Shown here: positions 1 through 7,891 of the stretch, in pieces
Numbering within the stretch: position 1 is the first letter of the stretch
Layout: each line of letters opens with the position of its first letter
From: Nitrospirota bacterium
GTDB taxonomy: Bacteria; Nitrospirota; Thermodesulfovibrionia; Thermodesulfovibrionales; Dissulfurispiraceae
Reading direction: 5' to 3'
Length of the DNA stretch: 25,916 nucleotides
NCBI GenBank assembly: GCA_040754455.1
Contig: JBFMCP010000039.1
Location: 1 to 25,916, forward strand
Made by a program: the position numbers and the translations under genes
The notes under the pieces: model-generated
Databases searched by the model: none
Seen by the model: the letters and a program-made list of their open reading frames with translations, nothing else
What the model was told of the DNA's origin: nothing

Positions 1-87
1 TGGTAGACCACCACGTTGATAGGCTGGAAGTGTAAGTCCGGTAACGGATTCAGCTCACCAGTACTAATAGACCGTGTGCCTTGACCT
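1..87 (+). rRNA. rrl: 23S rRNA, 3'-terminal fragment (truncated by window start)
   Basis: GTAGACCACCACGTTGATAGGCTGGAAGTGTAAG...CAGCT.ACCAGTACTAATAG.CCGTG.G.CTTGACC matches the conserved 3' end of bacterial 23S rRNA; the exact end is approximate. Confidence 0.93.
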
Positions 88-157
88 CTACTTCTTCCTC
101 CTCTCTTGCCTACCCCACATTCGTCAAGAAGTTTCAATATGTCCGTTCACAGCATAT

Positions 158-198
158 AATTAAAGAAAGGGAACTATACACCCTTTCTTTAATTTTTT
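158..198 (+). terminator. Probable intrinsic terminator of the rRNA transcript
   Basis: Perfect 14-bp inverted repeat AATTAAAGAAAGGG (158-171) / CCCTTTCTTTAATT (181-194), 9-nt loop, followed by a T run. Confidence 0.65.
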
Positions 199-221
199 GC
201 GTACAAAGGGGTTCAACCAAC

Positions 222-1643
222 ATGAAAGAAAGAGATATCTTTGAAGAGATCATCAATTTAGGCAAGCGGCGCGGCGTGCTTACCTATGATGAGATAAATG
301 AAGCCCTTCCCTCTGAGTTCTTCTCTCCCGATGAACTAGAAGACCTCATGGACGTCCTCAATGATATGGGCGTCAAGGTCGTCGACTATGAGGAGTCCAT
401 TCTGGCAGAAGAGGAAGCAGAGGAAGAAGTAGAAGAATATGAGAGAGCGGAAGACCTTGTCCAGGCATATTTCAATTCCATGGGTGACATCTCCATCCTC
501 ACCAAGGATGAGGAGACCACGCTGGCAAAAAAGCTTGAGCAGGGAAGAGAGATCATAAAAGGAACCATCTCTGCGCTTCCCATTTTCGAGCATATAAAGA
601 ACAACCTTGAAGTAGAGGACGAAGAGGGGATCACTACTGAAGAAGAGAAGGCCGATGAGGCGTTGATAAAGACCCTCTCGAGACTCGAAGAGTTAATGGA
701 AGTCGTTGAGAAGGCCGATAGCAAAGTCAAGAAATACGGCTACCTGAAAGGACTGAAGGCAGCAGTCAACGAAAAGAAGAAAAAAGGGACGAATGCAAAA
801 AAGCTGGAGCTCCTGCTGAAAGAAGTTCAGGCAGATTACAAAAGAGTAGAGCAGGAAGTCGGCATCAAAGTCGATGCCCTGAGAGACCTGTGGAACAGGA
901 TATCCAAAGCGAGATATCTTGTAATAGAGACCAAGAATGAGCTTATCACGAGGAACCTCAGGCTCGTTGTCAATATTGCAAAGAACTATGTCGGAAGAGG
1001 GCTTCCCCTGCTGGATCTTATCCAGGAAGGAAACATCGGCCTGATGAAAGCCGTCGACAAGTTCAAATATGAAAAGGGGTTCAAGTTCAGCACCTATGCG
1101 ACCTGGTGGATACGGCAGGCGATAACCCGTGCACTCATTGATCAAACGAAGACAATACGTGTTCCCGTGCACATGATGGAGTTCTACAACCGTGTGACCA
1201 AGGCATCGAGAGAGCTGACCCAGCAGGTAGGGAGAGAACCTACCAACGAAGAGATTGCGAAGAAACTGCTCGTGCCGGTCAGAAAGGTTGAGGAGGTTTT
1301 CAGGGCGATTCAGGACCCGATCGCGTTACAGACACCAATTGGCGATGAGGATACAGAACTCGAAGATTTCATCGGCGACAAGACGAGCCCTTCACCCTAT
1401 TCCGATGCAGAGCGGATCGAGACCTCCGAGCAGATCCAGAGGGTGTTGAGAACGCTGACGCCCAAGGAAGAGACCGTTATCCGTATGCGATTCGGCATCG
1501 GCGTCGACCGTGACCACACGCTCGAAGAGGTAGGACGATATCTCTCGATTACGAGAGAGCGTGTACGCCAGATCGAAGCAAAGGCGTTGAGGAAGCTGAA
1601 ACACCCGAGCAGATTGAGAGCACTGAAGATACTCACCAGCTAA
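222..1643 (+). CDS. rpoD: RpoD/SigA-family sigma-70 factor with region 1.1, possibly a divergent paralogue
   Basis: Region 1.1 (GKRRGVLTYDEINEALP), region 2 (NLRLVVNIAKNY..RGL..LDLIQEGNIGLMKAVDKF...GFKFSTYATWWIRQAITR), region 4 HTH (TLEEVG....TRERVRQIEAKALRKL). Start moved to ATG 222 because the TTG at 81 lies inside the rRNA. Confidence 0.92.
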   Translation: MKERDIFEEIINLGKRRGVLTYDEINEALPSEFFSPDELEDLMDVLNDMGVKVVDYEESILAEEEAEEEVEEYERAEDLVQAYFNSMGDISILTKDEETTLAKKLEQGREIIKGTISALPIFEHIKNNLEVEDEEGITTEEEKADEALIKTLSRLEELMEVVEKADSKVKKYGYLKGLKAAVNEKKKKGTNAKKLELLLKEVQADYKRVEQEVGIKVDALRDLWNRISKARYLVIETKNELITRNLRLVVNIAKNYVGRGLPLLDLIQEGNIGLMKAVDKFKYEKGFKFSTYATWWIRQAITRALIDQTKTIRVPVHMMEFYNRVTKASRELTQQVGREPTNEEIAKKLLVPVRKVEEVFRAIQDPIALQTPIGDEDTELEDFIGDKTSPSPYSDAERIETSEQIQRVLRTLTPKEETVIRMRFGIGVDRDHTLEEVGRYLSITRERVRQIEAKALRKLKHPSRLRALKILTS

Positions 1644-1662
1644 ATCACTATACACCTAAAGG

Positions 1663-1693
1663 AAAAGGGGCTGCTTTTGGCAGCCCCTTTTTT
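1663..1693. terminator. Bidirectional intrinsic terminator between the convergent rpoD and LysM genes
   Basis: AAAAGGGGCTGC-TTTTG-GCAGCCCCTTTT perfect 12-bp stem with A and T tracts on either side. Confidence 0.9.
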
Positions 1694-1716
1694 ATTGGAT
1701 CATTTTGTTGGAGACT

Positions 1717-2739
1717 TTAGTTCCTGAACTGATCTCCGGCCTTGATCTCTTTGATCGACTTTTTCACCAGCGCAACAGAGGCCTTAGCACTTGCGTTGAT
1801 TATCTGAAGCGTACCGATGGTGATATGAGGCTGGTCACCGGTAATTACATTGAAAACATCACCAACTTCTATACCGTCGCTGCTTCCTTTATCCAGGTAG
1901 GCGAATTCTTCCTGGCCGATTATGCTCCGATCAATGTTTACCTTTACGATCATTCCATTCAGGGGCGGTCTTTTCTCTGCAAGCGGTTCCAGGGGCAGCT
2001 CCACAGTATAAAAGGGAATAAACGCATCTCCTTTTACTATCTCTCTGTACGACTCCAGGATTACCGCCCTTTGATTGCCGGTATCTTCGCTGGTTGTTTC
2101 GATCACCCCTTTGATTCTGACGAGATAGCCGAGCACGGCCTCGGTCTTAGGATGGACCATCCTTTCAGGTTCGCTTATGACATAGAATTTTGTTGCGAGC
2201 GGAGCAGGATTCTTGATAGTAATGAACACCGTATCACCACATCCTGCAAGGCCATAGTCTTTCATAGAACCCTTTATCTCGCCCGCTCTCGTCACCTCAC
2301 TTACAACAGAACCGGCCTGCAAGAGAACCTCTTTTGACGTCAAATACTTTCTCGTGGCAACCGGGACTTCTTTGGGGGACACTTTCCGGGGCGTGATCAC
2401 CCGTCCAGTCACCTCGATCTGCTTCTCCTGTTGTGTCTCTTGCCCTTCTTTCTCTAACGGCTGTCCCTTCAGCTCCTGCTTCGCCATCTCTCCGGGGATC
2501 GCCAACTGCTGCCCAGGATATATCCAGTGCGGGTCCTTTATATGGGGGTTCGCCTTCCAGAGTTTCGGCCACTGAAAGGGATCTTTTAACGTTGCAGTTG
2601 CGATGTCCCACAGCGTATCACCTTCTTTTATGGTATAGGTTACGTCTTTCCCCTCCTCTGCCATGAGGGGGACCGTACATATCCAAAGAAACAGCACCAT
2701 AAAAAATAGAACGTTCTTATGTGTTACCTGAATGCTCAT
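1717..2739 (-). CDS. Secreted LysM peptidoglycan-binding protein (TsaP-like architecture)
   Basis: N-terminal hydrophobic signal peptide, LysM motif YTIKEGDTLWDIA...WPKLWKANPHIKDPHWIYPGQ, beta-rich C-terminus (YLDKGSSDGIEVGD); GGAGG SD upstream. Confidence 0.85.
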   Translation of the reverse strand: MSIQVTHKNVLFFMVLFLWICTVPLMAEEGKDVTYTIKEGDTLWDIATATLKDPFQWPKLWKANPHIKDPHWIYPGQQLAIPGEMAKQELKGQPLEKEGQETQQEKQIEVTGRVITPRKVSPKEVPVATRKYLTSKEVLLQAGSVVSEVTRAGEIKGSMKDYGLAGCGDTVFITIKNPAPLATKFYVISEPERMVHPKTEAVLGYLVRIKGVIETTSEDTGNQRAVILESYREIVKGDAFIPFYTVELPLEPLAEKRPPLNGMIVKVNIDRSIIGQEEFAYLDKGSSDGIEVGDVFNVITGDQPHITIGTLQIINASAKASVALVKKSIKEIKAGDQFRN

Positions 2740-2781
2740 TAATCCTCCTTTGAGCTGTCGCTGCAGGATGACCAGGGCTTA

Positions 2782-4167
2782 TTATGCCTCACTCGTTGCC
2801 GTCATTATAGATTTTTTTATCGAATCCATCAAGAGCGTAATACCATCTCTGCCTATACTGAGCGGCGGCATGATGACCACCACATTACCGAGCGGCCTAA
2901 TCAGAATCCCCATCTCCCGTGCTGCATAGGCAACCTTCCATCCCCTCTTCTCTTCCCATGGATAGGGCTCTTTGGTGGACGTGTCTTTTACCAGCTCAAT
3001 GCCTGCCATGAGTCCTTTGCTCCGCACATTGCCGACATGGGGGAGCCCGGCGATCTCTCTTAATGTATTATCGAGAATTTCGATATTCTCTTGCATATGC
3101 TCCAGTGTATGCTCGCTCTCGAAAACCCGGATACATGCTTCGGCAGCAGCGCAGGCAAGGGGGTTCCCCGTATAGGAATGGCCGTGAAAGAAGGTCTTCA
3201 GCTCTTTGAATTCACCGAGAAAAGCAGAATAGACCTCGTCAGTGGTCAATGTTGCCGCAAGGGGCAGGTAGCCGTTGGTTATTCCCTTTGAGAGACAAAG
3301 AATGTCAGGAACGACCTGTTCATGCTCGCAGGCGAACATTTTGCCGGTCCTGCCGAAACCGGTGGCAACCTCATCGGCAATAAGCAGCACATTGAACCGG
3401 TTGCAGAGCTCCCGGACTCCCCTGAGATAGCCTTCCGGCCAGATGATCATGCCGCCTGCAGCCTGGACCAGCGGCTCAACAATGACTGCAGCTATTTCGG
3501 AGGCATGTCGCTCCAGAATAGCTGCCATTTCCCTGAGGCACTCCTTTCCACATACATCGCAGCTTGTTCCGAATTCACAGCGATAACAGTACGGCGAAGA
3601 CGCCTTATACGTCCTGAAAAGAAGTGGATTGAAGGTGCTGTGGAAGATATCAATGCCGCCGACGCTCACCGCACCAAGGGTATCGCCATGGTAGGCGTTC
3701 TTGAGAGAGAGGAAGGTATGCCTTCCTTTCACCCCTTTATGGATCCAGTATTGAAACGCCATCTTGAGCGCGACTTCCACTGCAGTAGAGCCGTTGTCGG
3801 AATAAAAGACCTTTGATAACCGCGGCTGGAGTCCGGCAAAGGAGATATCGGTAAGAGCGATGAGCCTCTCAGCTAGTCTGATCGATGGAATATTGCCGAG
3901 TCCGAGCAGTGTGGAGTGGGCAATCCTATCGAGCTGCGCCTTGATTGCCTCGTCGATCTCTTTTTTCCGGTGGCCGTGGATGTTTACCCAGATCGAGGAG
4001 ACGCCGTCAAGGTACCATTTGCCATAGACATCTTTGATGAAACAGCCTCTACCCTCGGTAATAATGATCGGCTCCTCACCAAACCAATCCTTCATCTGGG
4101 TAAAAGGGTGCCAGATATACCGCCTGTCTGCTTCAATGAGGTGCTTTATTTCATCGAGGTAACCCAT
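2782..4167 (-). CDS. bioA: Adenosylmethionine-8-amino-7-oxononanoate transaminase (DAPA aminotransferase)
   Basis: IWHPFTQM, DGVSSIWVNIHGH, SDNGSTAVEVALKMA, YHGDTLGA, LIADEVATGFGRTG, SKGITNGYLP (PLP lysine), FFHGHSYTGNP, IRPLGN. Confidence 0.95.
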   Translation of the reverse strand: MGYLDEIKHLIEADRRYIWHPFTQMKDWFGEEPIIITEGRGCFIKDVYGKWYLDGVSSIWVNIHGHRKKEIDEAIKAQLDRIAHSTLLGLGNIPSIRLAERLIALTDISFAGLQPRLSKVFYSDNGSTAVEVALKMAFQYWIHKGVKGRHTFLSLKNAYHGDTLGAVSVGGIDIFHSTFNPLLFRTYKASSPYCYRCEFGTSCDVCGKECLREMAAILERHASEIAAVIVEPLVQAAGGMIIWPEGYLRGVRELCNRFNVLLIADEVATGFGRTGKMFACEHEQVVPDILCLSKGITNGYLPLAATLTTDEVYSAFLGEFKELKTFFHGHSYTGNPLACAAAEACIRVFESEHTLEHMQENIEILDNTLREIAGLPHVGNVRSKGLMAGIELVKDTSTKEPYPWEEKRGWKVAYAAREMGILIRPLGNVVVIMPPLSIGRDGITLLMDSIKKSIMTATSEA

Positions 4168-4230
4168 GGTGTCTTCTTAGGAGCTTTATAATCTGCACCT
4201 TAGTATATCACAACGACTATAATAATCCTT

Positions 4231-4920
4231 ATGGGCAAACAACGGAGTATCATGTTTCTATGGCTTACCGCATTCTGGCTTGCTGCAGGCTGCGCAACAA
4301 CGGGGAGTGCGGATTGGAAACATTCTGAAGAGTGCTTTCCCCGGCTCACTGCCGGCGCCTACGATAAAATTATTCGGGACTCGAAAGCGATCCTGCGAAA
4401 TAATCGATGGAATGCCGATGCCCATGCCTGCCTCGCTATGGCTTACTACCTAAAAAGTAATACTGAATTTGCTCTAAAAAGCCTGAAGGGGGCAGAGGAC
4501 ACCATCCCCAAGGAGGCGATCGATGCTATCCACGATAAAATATGGATGCACCTGCCCGAACTGCTTGCGGAAAAAGAGTACAGGGACTTTCATGCGATCA
4601 CCGGCGGCGACTGCATCCTGCGCAACGTAACAGCACTGGACGGTAATGGCTTCCTCATCCTCGGCTACTTTTATAATCCAGAAGTGCAAAAGCGTATACG
4701 CCATATCAGAGGCAATAAATGTGATGCGAATATGGATACGTGCTCGGAAATCGACAAGGTGTGTCCCGCCTGCACCCTTGAGGAATCAGAGGCAGTGATA
4801 ACAATAAGAGACTACAAGATCTCAGAAGTTCAGAAGCTTATTGACAATAGACCGATTGAGAGAAATATACGATATATAGAGAAGATTTTGGAGCTGGAGC
4901 TCAATAGGATAACGAGGTAA
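4231..4920 (+). CDS. Hypothetical lipoprotein with TPR-like N-terminal helices and a Cys-rich C-terminal segment
   Basis: Lipobox LAAG-C after a hydrophobic stretch; NADAHACLAMAYYLK is TPR-like; fills the gap between bioA and greB. Confidence 0.7.
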   Translation: MGKQRSIMFLWLTAFWLAAGCATTGSADWKHSEECFPRLTAGAYDKIIRDSKAILRNNRWNADAHACLAMAYYLKSNTEFALKSLKGAEDTIPKEAIDAIHDKIWMHLPELLAEKEYRDFHAITGGDCILRNVTALDGNGFLILGYFYNPEVQKRIRHIRGNKCDANMDTCSEIDKVCPACTLEESEAVITIRDYKISEVQKLIDNRPIERNIRYIEKILELELNRITR

Positions 4921-4928
4921 ACAGCCCT

Positions 4929-5447
4929 TTACCCTTCCTTGCTGAACGCTTCGTAGCTCACTTCAATAATGGTAAATACCGCTTTGCCTTTGGGTCGCTG
5001 CACCGTGACCTCGTCCCCTCCGGACTTGCGCAAGAGGGCCTGGGCCATCGGCGAATCGATGCTGATGAACCCTTTATCAGGATCGAGCTCATCGGGACCG
5101 ACAATGCGGTATTCGAATACTTCACCTTCCTTATCCTCAAGCCGCACCCAGGCGCCGAAAAAGATCTGCGAATCGTTATCAGGCTTGCGGTCAACGACAA
5201 CGAGAGCATCCAGGCGCTTGGTAAGAAATCTGATGCGCGCATCGATCTCACGCAACATCTTCTTTCCATATATATATTCGGCATTTTCGGAGCGGTCGCC
5301 CATGGCAGCTGCTTCGGCAACCGCCTGCGTCACTTTCGGCCGCTTCACCTTCCATAAATGGTTCAGCTCGTCGGTGAGGCATTTTTTTCCTTCCGGAGTG
5401 ATGTAGTTGGATTTCTGGTGGTGCTGTAGGTTATGCCGTCTTCTCAT
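4929..5447 (-). CDS. greB: Transcription elongation factor GreB
   Basis: NYITPEG...EL..LWKVKRPKVTQAV..AAAMGDRSENAEYIYGKKMLREID.RIRFL, FFGAWV, YRIVGPDE, ISIDSPMA.ALL; start trimmed to ATG 5447. Confidence 0.95.
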   Translation of the reverse strand: MRRRHNLQHHQKSNYITPEGKKCLTDELNHLWKVKRPKVTQAVAEAAAMGDRSENAEYIYGKKMLREIDARIRFLTKRLDALVVVDRKPDNDSQIFFGAWVRLEDKEGEVFEYRIVGPDELDPDKGFISIDSPMAQALLRKSGGDEVTVQRPKGKAVFTIIEVSYEAFSKEG

Positions 5448-5570
5448 AGTGTAATGATCGTCCTTTTCAGGCTTGCGTGAGCCAGAGAGATATTTTATCA
5501 CATTCAGCCCCTGTACCGATGAAAAGACCCTCTTGTGCAGAGGAATTGACGAGGAACAGAGAGGGCGTCC

Positions 5571-5598
5571 TTGAAACATTCCGCAGAGATGATAAAAT
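5571..5598 (+). promoter_or_regulatory. Putative sigma70 promoter of the beta-propeller/DUF305 operon
   Basis: TTGAAA (5571-5576), 16-nt spacer, extended -10 TG-A-TAAAAT (5593-5598); GGAGG SD before ATG 5629. Confidence 0.5.
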
Positions 5599-5628
5599 GG
5601 AATTATCTTTAAGCCCGGGAGGTCTGTT

Positions 5629-6999
5629 ATGGATCAGCACGAGGTTTCGCGGAGAGAATTCCTGAAGGTGCTGGGTGCCGTTGTCGTAGCTGCACAACTC
5701 CCCTCCTCTTTCGCTGAGGTGTTTGCCCGGGATATCGGTGCGCTCGACCGCGTCTTCATTGCCAATGAGGATTCCAATACCATAAGCGTGATCAACCCCG
5801 CAAGCAACGTCATTGAGACCACGATCAACCTGACCAGTTTCGACGAAGACCCACGGCCTCCGTTCCGTTTCGTCACCGCAGGAGTGATGCCCACGCATGC
5901 CGCCATGATCCATAAACCACTCTATCACGGCTGCATTGACGCCCATGGGGTGGTGCCGTCTCCTGACGGACGCCTGCTGGCGACCTGCGGCAGGGGATCG
6001 GGCAATGTCTATCTGATCGATACCACGAACAAAAAAGTCATCGGCAATTCGCCGAATCCGTCAGCATCAGCTTCGACCAATGCCGAGCGGCTGACGAGCG
6101 GTATTCTGGTCGGGCGCGAGCCGCATGAGCCGACATTCACCAGAAACGGCAAAGAGCTCTGGATCGCCATTCGCGGAGAGAACAGGATCGCGATACTTGA
6201 TGTTGCCGGAGCGATCAAGCAGTCCGAAGGAGCGCGGGGGAGCTCGATCAAAAGGTATATAGGCACCGTAAACGGGCCCTCCCAGGTGTGGTTCAATGCG
6301 AAAGGCACCCTCGCCTTTGTCGCAAGCCAGAAAGCTTCCTTAATTGATGTATTCCGTGTGAATCCCAATGCCAAGGGATATTCCAATCCGACGCGGCTCT
6401 CTACTATCGATATCAGCCAGCAGGACAAGCCGGGCTTTACGCCGTTCCTCAAGACCGCTCCCGGCGGCACCGAGGTCTGGTTCTCCCACAAGCTGGCGGA
6501 CGCGGTATCAGGGCGCTCGACAACCGAGCCCTTTGCCCTGCTCGATGTCGTTGCGCTCGGCAACATGGCAAGGCCCAACCACTTCGAATTCGTCGAAAAC
6601 GCAAAAGGCAACGTTATGTATGTCAGTCTCGCACGGGTTGATGACAACGGCCCCGGCGGGGTGGCATCGAGCCAAATTGCGATCATCGACCGCAGCGCAG
6701 CACCGGGCAGTCGGAGGGTGGTCGGGACCTTCTTTTCTCACGGTCGCGAGGCGCACGGACTCTGGACAAACCCGGCAAACAATCTCCTCTATATCGCACA
6801 TGAACAGGACGAGCTGCCCGGCACGCCGAATGCCGGACAGACTGTGGCGAGCGCCTTCGACGTCTCCGATCCTTTCGCGCCGAAATTCATCGCCCAGATA
6901 CCGCTCGGCAGCCTCAAGCTCCCTTCGGGTGAATTAAGGAACAAAAAGAGCATCAACCTCGTTTATGTGCGCCCCGGCTATAAGGGACAGACGGCATAG
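5629..6999 (+). CDS. Tat-exported YncE/YVTN-like beta-propeller protein, His-rich
   Basis: Twin-arginine motif SRREFLK plus hydrophobic stretch; propeller blades (RVFIANEDSNTISVINP, HGVVPSPDGRLL, EPHEPTFTRNGKELWIA, GPSQVWFNAKG, EAHGLWTNP). Confidence 0.8.
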   Translation: MDQHEVSRREFLKVLGAVVVAAQLPSSFAEVFARDIGALDRVFIANEDSNTISVINPASNVIETTINLTSFDEDPRPPFRFVTAGVMPTHAAMIHKPLYHGCIDAHGVVPSPDGRLLATCGRGSGNVYLIDTTNKKVIGNSPNPSASASTNAERLTSGILVGREPHEPTFTRNGKELWIAIRGENRIAILDVAGAIKQSEGARGSSIKRYIGTVNGPSQVWFNAKGTLAFVASQKASLIDVFRVNPNAKGYSNPTRLSTIDISQQDKPGFTPFLKTAPGGTEVWFSHKLADAVSGRSTTEPFALLDVVALGNMARPNHFEFVENAKGNVMYVSLARVDDNGPGGVASSQIAIIDRSAAPGSRRVVGTFFSHGREAHGLWTNPANNLLYIAHEQDELPGTPNAGQTVASAFDVSDPFAPKFIAQIPLGSLKLPSGELRNKKSINLVYVRPGYKGQTA

Positions 7000-7009
7000 G
7001 GAGAAGATC

Positions 7010-7474
7010 ATGCGATATCTCTCTATCTTATTGCTCGGCGTGCTGCTCTCCAATGCAGTCTGGGCAGAGGACCATGCGCATCAGAAATCATCGCCCGCGC
7101 CGCAAAGTCCGGCGCCCGAACCGTTCCAAAAAGAGATGAACGAAGGTATGGAAAAGATGATGCACGATATGCACGCCCGGGGATACACAGGGAATCCCGA
7201 CATCGACTTCCTGAACATGATGATTCCCCACCACCAAGGCGCCATCGAGATGGCCCGGCTCGTCCTCGTCTACGGCCGCGATCCGATAACACGGATGCTC
7301 GCTGAAGAGATCATTGCAAGCCAGCAGGTCGAAATCGATGCAATGAAAAAACGTCTTTCCATCCTCCGCAGCCGAAAGGCTACCGACCCGGAAGAGTTCC
7401 CTGCTCTCGGCGGCACCCGGGGAAGAACGGAACCCAGCGACGGAGGACAGAAGACAGTACCGGAGAAACAGTGA
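7010..7474 (+). CDS. Secreted DUF305 / CopM-like Met/His-rich helical metal-binding protein
   Basis: Signal peptide; MNEGMEKMMHDMH; GNPDIDFLNMMIPHHQGAIEMA...LAEEIIASQQVEIDAM DUF305 signature; start ATG 7010 with a GGGAG SD. Confidence 0.85.
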   Translation: MRYLSILLLGVLLSNAVWAEDHAHQKSSPAPQSPAPEPFQKEMNEGMEKMMHDMHARGYTGNPDIDFLNMMIPHHQGAIEMARLVLVYGRDPITRMLAEEIIASQQVEIDAMKKRLSILRSRKATDPEEFPALGGTRGRTEPSDGGQKTVPEKQ

Positions 7475-7494
7475 TATATCCCTGAGGTGAGGAA

Positions 7495-7827
7495 ATGAAA
7501 ATCTGCTTATCTATTGTGGGCGCAGCAATAGTCTGTCTTATCCTCTTAACGTCTGGATGTTCGACAATAGAGAGGACCAATTGGAAGGTCATCCAGGAGG
7601 ATGCCTATCACAACACGTTTTCTTATGACCCGGGGAGCGTCGAACGTACATCTGCCGGCACTGTTACGGCAAGGGCAAGTTCCGACGGCTCGAAGTATCG
7701 GTACGAGATAGACTGCAAGGGTAAAAAGATGCGCATCCTCGAAGGCCACGGCGCTGACCCGGCGCGTTGGATTGCTATCGTGAGCGGCTCAGGGGACCAA
7801 CTCCTCTACAATGAAGTATGTCGATAG
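7495..7827 (+). CDS. Small hypothetical lipoprotein (surface-adhesin-E-like motif pattern)
   Basis: Lipobox LTSG-C; W...YDPGSV...YEIDC...W..I..GS....LYNEVC pattern; GAGG SD. Confidence 0.7.
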   Translation: MKICLSIVGAAIVCLILLTSGCSTIERTNWKVIQEDAYHNTFSYDPGSVERTSAGTVTARASSDGSKYRYEIDCKGKKMRILEGHGADPARWIAIVSGSGDQLLYNEVCR

Positions 7828-7854
7828 TTAATCGATACGCGAAGCATATTATCT

Positions 7855-7886
7855 TTGGAGAAGACCGCGTAAAACCGGTCCTCCAA
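7855..7886. terminator. Imperfect hairpin between the convergent lipoprotein and radical SAM genes
   Basis: TTGGAG-AA-GACCG / CGGTC-CTCCAA inverted repeat; no strong U tract. Confidence 0.35.
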
Positions 7887-7891
7887 TAGCC

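Noticed and set aside
81..221. 47-aa N-terminal extension of RpoD from TTG 81
   Set aside because: It starts inside the 23S rRNA and crosses a terminator hairpin; the sigma homology begins at ATG 222.
1705..2337. 210-aa plus-strand ORF
   Set aside because: Antisense to the LysM gene and downstream of a strong terminator.
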